The notes: a model not told the origin generated them from the letters alone. 64,000 bases of DNA from Lama glama (GCA_028534125.1 CM052818.1:17920001-17984000), one strand, 5' to 3'. Counted from the first letter of the stretch, positions 26,461-40,108 are shown. Program-made: numbers and translations.

Positions 26461-27817
26461 CTGGCTTGACGATTTGTGTCCCAGGCAAAGAAAAGGACTG
26501 AATCCCATTTTCCATAGCAGTGACCTGTACTAAAGCAGAGAGAGCATCTGTAGTAACACATGTTATGGGGAGGGCTACTCACTGCCCAGTGATTTGCTTA
26601 GTGGATAGGTATCTGCTAAGCTAGCTGACGACATGTAAGTTAAACTCTTATGATCTCCTTGGCTTCGTGGGGATGATTTGGCAAGGATCACCAGTTCTCG
26701 CAGATCAGTGCTCCTGCACCAAAGTGCAGGAATGGAGGAATGGTGAGTCCTTCTGGAAGAACAGGAAGGGAGTTAATTTCTTCCGCAGGACTACATGAAG
26801 ATGAGGCACTTTCCCAATAGACACGGTTGACCTCATTTTGGTCCAAAATTCAGTAGTAGAGGCAGGATCTTCTTCTGCAGCTATCACCAGTTCTGGAGAC
26901 AAGCTCTTTTGCAACAGTAATGGTGGGGGAACAATTACCTCCCAAGAACAGCATCAAGAACAGGCCCTCAAGAAAGTACTACAGATCTATAAATGTATTT
27001 ATTCATCATGTACATTAACTCTTGGAATGCAAATCAACCTCTTGAGTGCTGGGAAGACAGAGTTCAACGTCTTCCACATCACAGAAATACAAAACCAAGT
27101 CCAGTGATAAGCCTCTCTCAGAGTGGGGCTACCCTTTTCTCCCAGAAATACTAGGGCTGTTTTCTTATTCATTTTTCTTTCTAAGCATGGCAAACATCAG
27201 TGATTCAAAGATGATACCTGGTCCCCACCCATTCTTTAGCATTAGGTGACAGTATCTGTTGCTAAAGAGAATAAAAACAAACCAAAGCAATAAAGATGTA
27301 ATAGTAACAAAGCAAAGATGGCACTTAACTCGTGGGAGCTTGTCTCTGCCTACATCTTTGCCTTTCACTCTTGCCACTGCTATAGCTGAATCTTACTCTT
27401 CCATAATAGCAACAGCTGGAATTCCACGAACAAAGCACCCTATTTTTGTCGGGCTGCTCCAGTTACTACCTAAAATGTCCTCTCTCATTCTAGGCTTATC
27501 TGGTGACATTTCACTTATTTTCTGGGATCCTGCTAAAGGATATTTTAACCCTTGACGCAGATCTCAGCCTTTCCTAAGGTTTGGTCAGATATGAACACTA
27601 TCTTTTTTGTTACTTCCACACTGTCTCAATCAATGCACTTCTGTTGTGTTGCATCTATAGCTACATGTCGTAAATTCTATGTGGTATGGACTTTGAAGGG
27701 CAAGGAATGTAGCTAATTTATTTTTCTATGTCTGGGTGTGTCTCAGAATTACGTTGCTCAGTATTGCTCTGACTCATGTCACAGTACTTTTAAGATGGAT
27801 CAAGCAAGCACAGGAGA

Positions 27818-30800
27818 GGCAGAGATCAAGACAGTGGAATAAAAGGATGCGGGGCTCACCTCCTCCCACAAATACGTCAGAAATACATCTATATGTGGAC
27901 CAATCCTTACAGACTATACCCTCTGAGCACTGGCAGAAGAACTCATAACCAAAGCTGCAAGAAAGATCACCACGTAACTGAGCAGGATGAAAGGGGGGGG
28001 GGGGGAAGGGGGCATCGGGATGAGACCCATGCCCCTGCGAGGAAGCTGTGAAAGGGGAAAGGTGTCCTCACCCCAGGAACTCCCTTCACTGACAGAGAGG
28101 TCCACTGGGACAGGCAGGGACCCTCAGAGGCTCAGAGGAGACTGCATCAATCGGCTGAAGGCAGGCAGAACAGAGAGACAAGCAGACAATCCTGGCCACC
28201 TCGCTGCACTTCCCAGGCCGAGATGCACACCTGCTGACGTGTGCAGTGGCTGGTGCTGAAACTTGGGCTGCAGTGGACAGACCCAGGCTGAGGACTCTGG
28301 CTGTGCAGAGACAGTCCGAAGGAGCTGCAGTGTGGTGAGCTGCGCAGGACTGAGCCCGGGTCTCCCATAGAAGCCCCACTGTTGTGTGTGCAAAGGGAGA
28401 TGCGTGGCCCTGCTCTAGCAGCCTCATTCTTGGAGAGCTCACCATGTGCCTGGTTCTACTCCTACAAACCGTGCAAGGGCTGGGGTCTACCACACATGGA
28501 GACAGGGCTGAAATCTCAGCAGATCCCCGCCTGGTGCAAGACTCCAGAGAATTTACATTGGTGGCAGAGTTTGGGGGCCATCCAAACAGATTACAGGCAT
28601 TGCCACAGCTGAAGCTGGTTCAGGGCCAGCAGCAAAAAAACTGAAATCTGAGCTGATTCCCACATCCGCACCATGGCAGTGGGTCCGAGGGTAGTATCAA
28701 CAACTCTGTACTTTTGATGGCACACACTGGGTGAGACAAGACTCATCACAGAGGGCATGGCTGGATAGACAGCTCCTGGGGAGGAACACCCAACAGCTCC
28801 TTTCTCAGTGTGAGTGATCCAGTTCATACCTCACACCAAGCTCAAACCTGGAACCGGGGGCTTCTACCTGATAACTGAGAAGCCCCTGTCCCCAACAGGG
28901 CTGTGATAACCACAGAGCAAAGAGAAGGTCCTGACCAATATCCAGTGCAGGCTCTGGTCACACAGCACCAATTAAACCCCTTATCAAGGCGATAAGATGC
29001 AGGAAAAACCTTTTGATGAAATTCAACTTCCATTCATGATAAAAACTCTAACCAAAGCGGGTACAGAGGGAACATATCTCAACATAATGAAAGCTGTTTA
29101 TGACAGACCCACAGCCAGCACAGTGCTCAACAGTGAGAGGTTGAAAGCCTTTCCGCTAAAATCCAGAACGAGACATGGATGCCCACTCCCACCGCTTCTA
29201 GTCAACACAGTATCGGAAGTCCTAGCCACGGCAATCAGACAAAAACAAGGAAAAATAAACAAAGGTTCCAAATCAAAATGGAAGAGGTAAAATTGTCATA
29301 ACATGGAGATGACACAATAGTCTATATAGAAAAGCCTGAAGCCTCCACACCAAAACTATTAAAACTGATGAATGAATTCAGAAAGGTAACTGGATACAAA
29401 CTTAACATACAGAAATCTGTTGCATTTCTTTACACTGACAATAAAATATCAGAAAGTGTTTTTTTAGAAAAACCCTGTTAAAATCATATTAAAAAATGCC
29501 TAGGAATAAACCTGACTAAGGAGATTAAAGACTTATACACTAAGAACTATAAGACATTGATAAAGGAAACTGAAGATGATTCAAAGAAATGAAAAGATAT
29601 CCCATATTCTTGGATTGGAAGAATTAATATAGTTAAAATGGCTATAATACCCAAAGCAATCTACAGATTTAACATGATCCCTATCAAATTACCTATGACA
29701 TTATTCACAGAATTAGAACAAATAATCCTAAAATTTACATGGGATCACAAAGGACTAAATTGCCAAAGCCATTCTGAGAAAAAAGAGCAAAGCTGGAGGC
29801 ATAACCCTCCCAGACTTTAGACAATACTACAAAACTACAGTAATTAAAACAGAGTGGTATTGGCACACAAACAGAATGTGGATCAGTGCAACAGAACAGA
29901 GAACCTGGAATTAAACCCACACCCCTATGGTCAATTAGTCTTCAACAAAGGAGGCAAGAATGTGCAATGGAGAAAAGACAGTCTCTTCAACGACTGGTGC
30001 TGAGAAAGCTGGACAAGCTGCATATAAATCAATGAAGTTGGAACACTCCCTCACACCAAACACAAAAATAAACTCAAAAATGGCTTAAAGACTTAAACAT
30101 AAGACAGGACACCATATATCTCCTAGAAGAGAACATAGGCAAAACATTCTCTGATGTAAACTGTAGCAATATTCCTCTAGGCCAGTTTACCCAGGCAACA
30201 GAAATAGAAGCAAAAATAAACAAATGGGACTTAAACTCAAAAGCCTTTGCAAAACGAAAATGCAAAATGCAAAATCAAAATGAAAAAATAACCTACAAAC
30301 TGGGAGAAAATATTTGCAAATCATGAAAACGACAAGGAGTTAACTTCCAAAATATACAAATAGTTCATACAACTCAATTTTAAAAACAAACAACTCAACC
30401 AAAAAATAAGCAGAAGTCCTAAACGGACATTTCTCCAAAGAAGACATATAGATGGCCAAAGGCACATAAAAAGATGCTCAGTATCGCTAACAATCAGAGG
30501 AATGCAAATTGAAACTTCAATGAAGTTATCACCTCACACCAGTCTGAATGGCCATCATTAAAAACTCCACAAACGACAAATGCTGGAGAGGGTGTGGAGA
30601 AAAGGGAACCCTCCAAAACTGCTGGTGGGAATGTAACTGGGTCAGCCATTGTGGAAAACAGTATGGAGATTCACTAAAAAACTAAAAACAGATTTATCAG
30701 CAATCCTACTCCTGGGCATACATCTGGAGAAGACTCCAATTTAAAAAGACACATGTACCCCAATGTTCACAACAGCACTATTTACAACAGCCAAGACATA

Positions 30801-31310
30801 GAGGCAACCTAAGTGTCCATTGACAAATGATTAAAGAGATTATAACGGTACACACACACACAATGGAATACTACTAAGCCATAAAAAGAATGAAATAATG
30901 CCATCTGAAGCAAAATGGATGGATCTAAAGATTATTATATTAAGTGAAGTAAGTCAGACAAAGACAAATATATGATATCACTTATATGTGGAATCTAAAA
31001 AATTACACAAATGAACTTATTTACAAAACAGAGACTCACTGACATAGAAAACAAACCAAAGGTTACCAAAGGGGAAAGGGGAGGGAGGGAAAAATTGGGA
31101 GTTTGGGATTGGCTGATTTAACTTACTATGTATGTTCAGAACAGATAAACAACAAGGTCCTACTGTATACCACAGGGAAATATATTCAGTAGTTTGTAAT
31201 GACCTACAATGAAAACGAATATGAAAAATAATACATATGTGCAACTGAATCACTATGTTGTACAGCAGAAGGTAACATAACACTGTAAATCAAGTGTAAT
31301 TTTAAAAACA
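27818..31310 (+). mobile_element. Internally deleted L1 (element B): 5'UTR fused to mid-RT ORF2 through 3'UTR
   Basis: 5'UTR homologous to 52863-53930; from ~28996 ORF2 peptides [15 protein letters not shown] and [12 protein letters not shown]; complete 3'UTR. Confidence 0.93.
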
Positions 31311-34249
31311 TTGATTTTATATGAAAACACAAACAAACCCCGCCACTGTTGCCTGGGCCTATACCACAGTTACATATCAAATGCAGAGAGGATTAAGTTT
31401 GCTAAGAGAACTGTCTCCAGCATCTCCTCTTGTTTCCGGCCCCTCGGCTGCAATTCCCTGTAGTCTCTCTATCACTGGGAGGACCACAGGCTCCTCAGTC
31501 ATCACTCTTCCCTAGAACGGAAAGCACAGCACACACAGCTCCACTTCCCCTGCCCCAGGGCATTTTCTCTCTTGTGGGGAAGAGATGTAAATGGTTTGAT
31601 GAGTGAGTCTGGTGAAGGGAAGTGGGACTCAGTGGCCCAGCCCCTGCCAAATCATGTCTGAGGCTGCACTTTGGTCCGCTCTCGGAAACGCAGCGAGCGG
31701 ACTGCCCTGCAGAGGCGTCATGCAGTGGTCCAGGAGAGCCAGGGGCTGCTTGGGTGAGTCTGTCTGCCTAATTGATGGATGAAACTTTTGTGAGGTCATT
31801 TGACTATACTCAGAAGTCTTGTCTTCCATTCTCTATTTGGTTCATAATAAAGGAGTTTTTCTGGGTTGTTTGTTTTTTAAATTTCTGCTGCCTCTTGTGC
31901 CTATCTTTCAATTAACTTTGAATTCTGGAGAGGGGAGAAACAATGCAATTCATTGACCCTTTCCCCTAAAATCCAATTATTTCATAGAGCACATAGTGAA
32001 GTAGTTTTCTTTGGTTTCTACTGACTGTATTTTTTTCCCCACTCTCTCTAAATCCATGTCACAAGAGAATGCTGGACTCTGCGCCCTGCCACTCTGTTGA
32101 GTCTGGCCCATTGGCCTTGAGAAAAACTTTGTCATCTGGATTCCCTCTCCTCCAAGAGATACTTGGTCATTTGCAAATGGAACACTGCAAGTTCTACTTG
32201 TCAGTTCTCCACACATGCCCACGTCTACCTGAACCCTCCAGTTAGCTGCCTAGTATTAAGCTTGTGCTCCTACCAAAAAAAAAAAAATTCAATAGAATTG
32301 GTCAGAATTCTTTAAAATATCCTGAATATCTGAACATGTTTGACTGAAGAAAGTAACTAATTAATTTCATTTCATTTTGTGCAAAAGGGTTATGCCATTA
32401 ATATTAATGAATGATTATAAACAACAATGTACAGGGTCCAAATATGCCAGGCACCTTATAAATAGAGAGGGCAATTATTATCGTCCCCTCCACATTTGGG
32501 CCCTGTTGGGAAGTGTGATATGCATATTCCAGTCATGAAAATCCACGTAAGGTGAGAGTCACCCTTTTGTATAAATTTTTGTAAAATGGATAGCCTAACT
32601 AATGTTAGCCTGCCACACACCCATGGCCATGGGATGCCTCCAACAGTCCTGAAGCACAGCCCGCCTTTCTTCCACAAAATGCAAGGCTACATTATAGTCC
32701 AGTCGATACGTGAGCTCAGTCTCATGCACCGCATCTCCCTATATCTACATGACTGACCCTGGATGGCTAGCTTCTGACATGTCTTTTTCAATGCAGCTCT
32801 TCCTGTCTTGCTTACGGAGACACCATAATCAGGAAGGTGGTTTTATCCGAGTGGAGTTACTGCCATTTCCTAAACACTGAAAACTCTACTGAACATTTGG
32901 TGGTGGATAGAAACTGTTTGTGCAAGCCCTTGGAGAGAAGTAAAGCCCTTTCATTCTTGGCTTCTTTTAGGACTTCCAAATGTGTCTCCTGTTAGTTGCC
33001 TTGGTGATTTCTTTGCTCATCTGTCATCACAGGTGGTCCTTACTCTTCACCTGTTTCCTCTCCCTCCATTATTTACTGAATGCCTTTACTTGTGATGATA
33101 TAAACACAAGAGGGGCTTCAGAGGTCATGGATGAGGCTGATGAAAAACTTTCCTGTAAGAAATGCCACTTCCGTGAGTACATTTACAGGAGGACAGTGAG
33201 GAGCAGAGTGACTTTTCATCATGCCTCTCTACTTCCTAAGCCTTTAGTGGCTGATTATCATTTGCTTCAGGATGAGGAGAAGGCTGTCTGTATTGGAGGG
33301 AAATACAAGCACTGAGGACAACCGTTCCAGCTCTCCTTTGGAGTTGATTTCAAGGCTTTCCACATACATTTGATTTTTTTTTTTTTTTAATGTTTGTGAA
33401 GACAGCCAACCACCTCCCAGCCAGTCTTCTCCCCTGCAAGCAAATTCTAAAATAGTACATGGCTCTTTATTCACAAGGACTGCCCAGTGCCCTTCAGCCC
33501 CTGCGATCAGACTTGGCAGTCAGACCCAGCACATTCCTCTCGCACTTTCTGCTGGGAAGCCCTCCCCAGTCTGGCATTGCTTTCTCTCCCCTCTGCTTAG
33601 GTGGTGACTAGGAAGAAGCATTCACTATGCAGATTCCCAAACTGTAATCTAGCCCTGCCTTCAGCGTCTGAGCTGCCTCCGTCTCACAACAAGGTCACAT
33701 GAACTCCATTTAGCATATTTCCCTGGTTTTTAAGCTTTTAAATGTTGGGTGAGTTTTAGTAGCAATGGGACTGCTCTGCAACAAAATGTGATGGTTTAGG
33801 AGTTCTCCACCTAGACACCTTTTTCTTCCAGGTCAAGGAATTAAATATTGTCTTGAGGAACAAGAGAAAAACGTTTTAGTAAAGGCTGCCTGTGAATGTC
33901 CTTGTTGAATAGTCTCTTGCTGCCATCATCAACGGGAACTATCCTTGTATATAATTTATTTGCTCCTCCACCTTATAGTGCATTCAGCATGGCTTCTCGT
34001 TCCACCTGCGTGAAGGGCATTTCTTTGATCCACAGAAGATCCCCTTCTTCATAGTGCTGTTTGTCGGCATACATTCCTTTGCTTGAAACTGACTCACATG
34101 TTGGGGACTAGGCTTTGTTCTTGCCTGTGCGCGACCACCTGATCCCAGAAAGGGTCCTTCTGTTTGGAGATGCACAAAACATGATGCGCAGTGAGACACA
34201 GATAAGGATGAACACAGCGGCACGGCACCAGGCTTGGTGTGTCAGGGTG

Positions 34250-34375
34250 CTTGTCGGAGCCTCTCACTAGTGGTATGACCTCAGTTAACCACTTCACTTC
34301 TCCTCCAAGCGTAGCATTTTCCTGTGTAAAATAAGGCTTTTGGACTACGTGGTTGCAAATGCTTATTCCTCATTC
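34250..34375 (+). mobile_element. MIR fragment
   Basis: 'cactagtggtatgacctcag..ctgtgtaaaataagg..ttggacta'. Confidence 0.5.
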
Positions 34376-36291
34376 TGGTCACCTAACTTTCTAAGCATTG
34401 TTATTGCTGATGTGGCAAGAAAACAAAAAACAAAACAAAACAAAACAACAACCCACATTAGCTATAAATCAAAACTACCTTTGTAGAAGAGGAAACTTCT
34501 TTCACTTGCTGACTGCTTGTCTGTAACACAGATTAAATTACCTTGTGGCTCAAGTTGTCTTGTAAGTATCTAAAATACAGTGCCGTCTGACACACCAACA
34601 AAACCAAGCTCTAACATATTTCAATCTATTATCTCACCACTTTTTGGATATTCTTTTCTCACATGAAGCTTTTACACGTTGGTTTCCTTATGATAAAATT
34701 ATCTGATATAAGCAAAGGGAATGGGATGAGGAGGGAAATTCTTAATACAGTTGTTCTTTCTAGCAGTTAAATAATTTTGGATATTCTAGCTTTTACAAAA
34801 GTTCTACAGGTCAGAGTCCCAGTTTTTTAAGCACTAATTTAAAAAAGGCTTACAATATGTTGTTGGTTAGCCTATTAAACTCTCCAAAAATATGACTTAT
34901 GCTATGGAAATTTCTAGTATGCGTGGTATTATATCTGAGGACATTTCCAGAAATCTCAGATTTTTCCATCAGATAGAAAGTTCCAAATCCCTTCACCCCC
35001 TAATCCCCTTTTAAAAAAAATAAACTACCTCAAGGGGTCTTGCAAATAATAAAGGAAGCTGAGAAGGATACAATCAGGGCCTTCAACTTTTATTCCCTCT
35101 TCTCTAGAGAGGCAGATTATACATTTGGAAACATAATAGGATACAGAAAGCAAAGCTATAAAAGCAAAAAATTTATTAACATCTGAATAAAGACCAGACT
35201 TGGAAAAATGTCCCTCAATACATGGGACATGTGCAACAAACCAAGAAAGGCCTGCATGTTCACAATCCAAACTGGAAGACAGAGAGTGCCCAGAAGGCTT
35301 CTGGTGAGTAGGGTCAGTATGTGGAAAACAAAGCTGAGTTGCCATATTAATGGGTTAACATGTATAAAATGCCATTGAAAATCTTCCAAGTTTTCTGGGT
35401 ATTTGGGCTCATTTTAATAATAATAATAATAAATGTACTAGATTCTCTTTCAACTCCAGTGGCTCTGACTTTATTTTTCCTATAAGATTTTAAATTTATG
35501 GTTAGGAATGAAATCTTTTTCTTTTTAAAGTGACAACAATATCCCATGTGTGTTTTTCTTTTGAGTTTTCTATTCTGTTTGTCACGGCCTTTTGGAGGAG
35601 TAAAGTGTGTCACTTGATCCATTGGAAAAATCCCAAGAAATGGGATTATATTTTCCCTTTCTCATTTGAAGAAACCTACAACCGTAAAGGTTAGATGACT
35701 TGTCCATGACTTATCAAAAATCCAAGACGTGGCAGGGGTGGGGCCAACACCCAGGTTCCCAGCTTCTCAACCCCTCACCAGGTCCCTGTGTTCTTCCCAT
35801 CAACATTCTAAAATTTAAAAAAAAAATTTTTTTCTCCACTTCAAATTCATAATAATCAAAAACAGCTTTCCCCCTTAATTTTCCTACGTAAGTTCTTTCC
35901 AATGTCTTTTAAAATCACCCACAGGCTGTGAAATGACGAAAATTACACTGTCCTTTTACTCCAAGTACTGAATCTAAATCACAGCTAAACAAAGCTACTC
36001 TTGCTAAGTCCTCTGAGCTATTGGACATGCCATTTAAGATCTAGGTTTAAGATCTGTAAAATGACAATCAAAATATCATCCCTCTGAGATTAAGGCGGAT
36101 TAAATTAAATAATCTACTCTAAAGCACTTTGTAAACTACAGGTCATGACTAATAATTCACCATGTATGCTGAAGTAACTCTTTTTCAGAAAATGTCAATG
36201 GCTTCCTGCTGCTTATGAAATAATATTCACACTCTTCTGCAAGGCATTCAAAGTCCTCTATGACATTCATTTTCAATCTTTTGTTTTCTAC

Positions 36292-36525
36292 TAGTAATAG
36301 CCAACATATACTGAGCAATTATACTCTGTGCCAGGGATATACTGAACATTTATTATTGTGTAAACCTCATATCAAGCTTGTAATAAAGGCATTATTATTT
36401 TTATAGCCATTTATCAGTATCTGGAAAGCTAAAGAAACTTGTCCAACATCTGCACAAAGAGTAAGGAAGGGAGTCACATCCTGGGTATACAATCCAAAGT
36501 AAACTTAACCATCTGGGAGCACTGC
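36292..36525 (-). mobile_element. MIR
   Basis: 'gccaacatatactgagcaatt..tgtgccagg', 'aacttgtccaa'. Confidence 0.55.
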
Positions 36526-36649
36526 TTCTAAATACAGCGCTTTTCCTGGATGTCACCTAACCATAAACCACGCTCAGCTCTGTGACAGCTGCCTTACTAC
36601 ACCATGGAACAGCTCGATGTAGAAACTCACAGAGATACTGGCCAATACC

Positions 36650-36922
36650 AAGTAACTGTGTCATCTGAGTAGACAGCGGTCAAGAGCCTAGTCTCTAAAA
36701 TCACATGGCCTCGGTCATCTGTGTGAGATCCGGTTAGGGATCTCACACAGATCAGCAGCAAGATCCTCTGCCTCTGTTCTTTACCCTTGAAATGAGGTAA
36801 TAATAAAACTGACCTTAGGGTGTTGCTATGAGAAGTAAGAGAAACTGCAGGTTCAGCCCTTAGCACGGCGTCCGGCACACACACAGCACTGCCCAAGTGT
36901 TAGAGGGTCTGTTAACCATCAT
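36650..36922 (+). mobile_element. MIR
   Basis: 'ctctgcctctgtt..aaatgaggtaataataa..agggtgttgctatgag..cttagcacggcgtccggcacac'. Confidence 0.7.
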
Positions 36923-36989
36923 CACCCCACCACGCCACGCCCACCACAGCTCTGCACGCCCTTGTACTGCACACCGCAGAAGTACCCGC

Positions 36990-37320
36990 CTTCCCGCCTC
37001 GTTCGCTAGTTCACTGCCCTGATGATTCAGACCTCGGTCGAAATGTAGCTTCATTAATGAATCTATCTTTGATGCGTCTGCCTTGACCCCATTCTCTTGC
37101 ACCCACTCAATCAAGCTCTCTATTACACCCATAGTTCTCTCTAATGTCTCCTTAAAGCATTTATCATAATTGTCATTAAATAATGAATTGGACTATTGTC
37201 TTAAAATTTCTGTACCCCTCACTAGAAAGTGCCATGAGTGCAGAGGCTACTGTCCATTGCTGTCTCTTGCATAGTAAAGTGCTTGATAAAGATCTATTGG
37301 ATGAATAACGAGTGAATGAA
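36990..37320 (+). mobile_element. L2 3' end
   Basis: 'cactagaaagtgccatgagtgcagagg' and terminal 'tattggatgaataacgagtgaatgaa'. Confidence 0.65.
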
Positions 37321-38289
37321 TCTCATCTTCCTTTGTTCTATCCCTTTAATTTATGTTCTGTCTCATGGTTTGAAAATCCATTTTCTTTGTCGTTTTCCCC
37401 ATGAATTGTTCTGTTTGTATCGTAAATTTTCAAACTTCCTGGCCAACCCTAATTGACTAAAAATATTTATAGGAATTTCCTGTCATCATATCTGTGCCAA
37501 TGACAACTAAATTACCAGTTTCTTCCCCCTTAAATATTAGATTTCTGAAATACAAGTAGATTAACTCAGCTCAGAAAACAAGAAATAGAAATCTTTTCAT
37601 GTTTTGCACACTGCTTTCAAACTGCATTTTGAATGTGTTTCTTGAAATTTGCATAACCATTCATGAATTTCCTTTCATTTGAATACCACAGTAATGACAA
37701 CTTAAGATATACTGTTTGCTGTTTACTCAAAACATATTTCAGTTATCAAAGTAGATCTTCACGTGTGCACCCTGTGCCATGTGTGCTATGCACTCAGCTA
37801 GTCACATGATCGTGTATGCTCATGCTGTTTTGGAATTGTGGTTTGAAACATACCGTGGCAATTTCTGTAATATAAAGGAGCAATGCTTTATTTTTTTTAA
37901 TCCTGCTAAATTATCTAGGATGTACTTTTAAAACTTGAAATCTCAAGCATATGCCACACTCGATTTATCAATGTTCATGCTATATATAGCTTAAAACATC
38001 AAGACTTCAAAACACTGTAGAAATAAGTTTGGCTGAGTGCCAGATCTACCCAAAGGTGAACTCTAATCCCTGGGGAAAACACCTTCTTCCTATGAGCTGA
38101 TAACACTCAGAAGTTGTCTTAATTGTGCTCTGGTATATAAAAATTATATTTTTTTATATTTTATTTTATAGTGAATATATTTGATTCTGGTCATTATTCA
38201 ATTCCACCATATTAGTGATGCCACTGATAGAAGCAAACTCTCCCTTTACAGTATTATGAAGTTATAAACTCAGGAAAAAAAAAAAAAAC

Positions 38290-38490
38290 AGTTCCAGCTC
38301 TACCCCTTACCAGCTGGATAAAGGCCAGTGTATACATAACTTCTTATCTTTCTCAGTCTGCAACATGGGGGTAATAGTAGTTCAAGCCTTAGAGTTTCTA
38401 TGAAGATGCAAAGCTATAGTGCCAGAAGAGCTTACCACAGATCCCAGCACATAGTAGACACTCAATAAGTAGGAATCATCATTATTTTTA
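38290..38490 (+). mobile_element. MIR
   Basis: 'ccagctctaccccttaccagctg', 'cagcacatagtagacactcaataa'. Confidence 0.7.
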
Positions 38491-39901
38491 CTATTATTAT
38501 ACTATTCATGAGTGGATAACTCTGTCACTCTCATGGGCACTTGTCATTTATTCTCTTTACATGTATAAGTTTATTCTTCCCTAGACAGTATGGACCTTGG
38601 TATCTGGCTGGCAGCATTGTTTTTTCTACCCTTCTTATGCCTTACACACAGTAAACGATCAGTTGATTGAAAGTTAACATGTTAGTTTACCTCTGGCTGC
38701 ATTATAGTGAATTATCTGCCTTTCAGAAATGTCAACTGAACACCTCTTCCTATGTGACACTGTCCTAGACACTGAAGAAACAGAGATATCCAATGTAATA
38801 CTATTCATGGCTTTTTAAGTCAACATTTATCCAAAAATCTAGTATTATTAAAGCAAAACTCTACAGAAAAAATTTCTCTCTCTGAATAATATTATACTTA
38901 AAAAATTATGCCAAATGAGGTATTTTCAAGTTAATTATCTAATGTAGTCACAGTTGAATAACTCTGGAGGTAACTGAGGGAACAAAGCATTGATAAATGG
39001 TGTGCATGCGTGCGTGCACATGCATGTGTGTTCCTGAATAACAGCATCAAACACAGGTTATTTTCTTTGAATTTTAAAATGCAATTAAAAAAAAACACAT
39101 GGAACCCAAATTTAAGATGGAAATAATTGTTTTTATGTATGTTTATGGTATTTTAAACAGTTGATCTAGATAATTCTGCCACAATCAAGTTTATGGTGCT
39201 GGAGATGTCCTAAAATTTGACACATTCTTTACTTTAATTTTTTAATGGGAACTGATGGAAGAAGGAGAGGGGCACTTTATTAATTTAAGAATCAAAACCG
39301 TAGTCTTACTGGTTCCTCTTTATCTCAAAAGGTTCCCAAACAGACCTCCCCAAAGAACAGTAGACACAACATGTTCCCAACCTAACAGACAAGAGTGACA
39401 AGAAAGAGGCTGATAGGTGGGCTGCCGTCAAATGGTGAAGGACCTTGAGCACCCATGCTGAGGAGACTGAAGGCAATGCGGGCTTGAGCAGAGTAGTAAC
39501 ATGATCAGATCTGTATTCTGAAATCACTTGGGTGCCTAGGATAATGGATAAGAGTGGGGAGAAACTGGAGATGGGAGGAATAATCTGGAAGTCAGAACAG
39601 GAGCTGGAACAGCCAGAACTGGAGGTAGAGAATTTCTTTTGGGGAAGGGTAGTGAGAAACTACAGGAACTATTTTTAGTTACCTTTGCAAGATGAGAAAA
39701 AATAAGTAGTCAAATCCTTCTAGAATCTTGTGTATTTCTATCATCCAGGATGCTTACATAGTTTTGAGTGAACCTTCATATAAATAAAGTCTCAGCATAA
39801 AAAAAGAAGTAGACACAAAGAACCTCACCAAACAAGGAGGGAAAAGAATTTTGAGAAATTAGCACACACAATCAGAATAAAACCTGGGGTCAGGGAAGGG
39901 A

Positions 39902-39902
39902 G

Positions 39903-39942
<40 letters not shown>
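39902..39942. repeat. (TA)n(TG)n microsatellite
   Basis: Visible run. Confidence 0.95.
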
Positions 39943-40108
39943 AGCTATAGATAGATACATCTCAAAAGAATATAGAACATTCAAAAGTTTTCTAGTCTTC
40001 AGTGATTTAAAAGACAATGGTAGCAGTTTAAAAAGTAGCAGACTCAGATTCAGGAAAGAGAAAATGATGAGTTTTACCTAGCTAATCAGTGGTAAAGTAT
40101 TTTATAAT

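Noticed and set aside
27736..28827. Dense overlapping ORFs in GC-rich sequence (similarly at 53000-54000)
   Set aside because: L1 5'UTR, where high GC lowers stop-codon frequency; not a host gene or CpG-island promoter.
32980..33315. 111-aa ORF with a hydrophobic N-terminus
   Set aside because: The hydrophobicity follows from T/C-rich composition, and there is no recognisable family or supporting exon structure.
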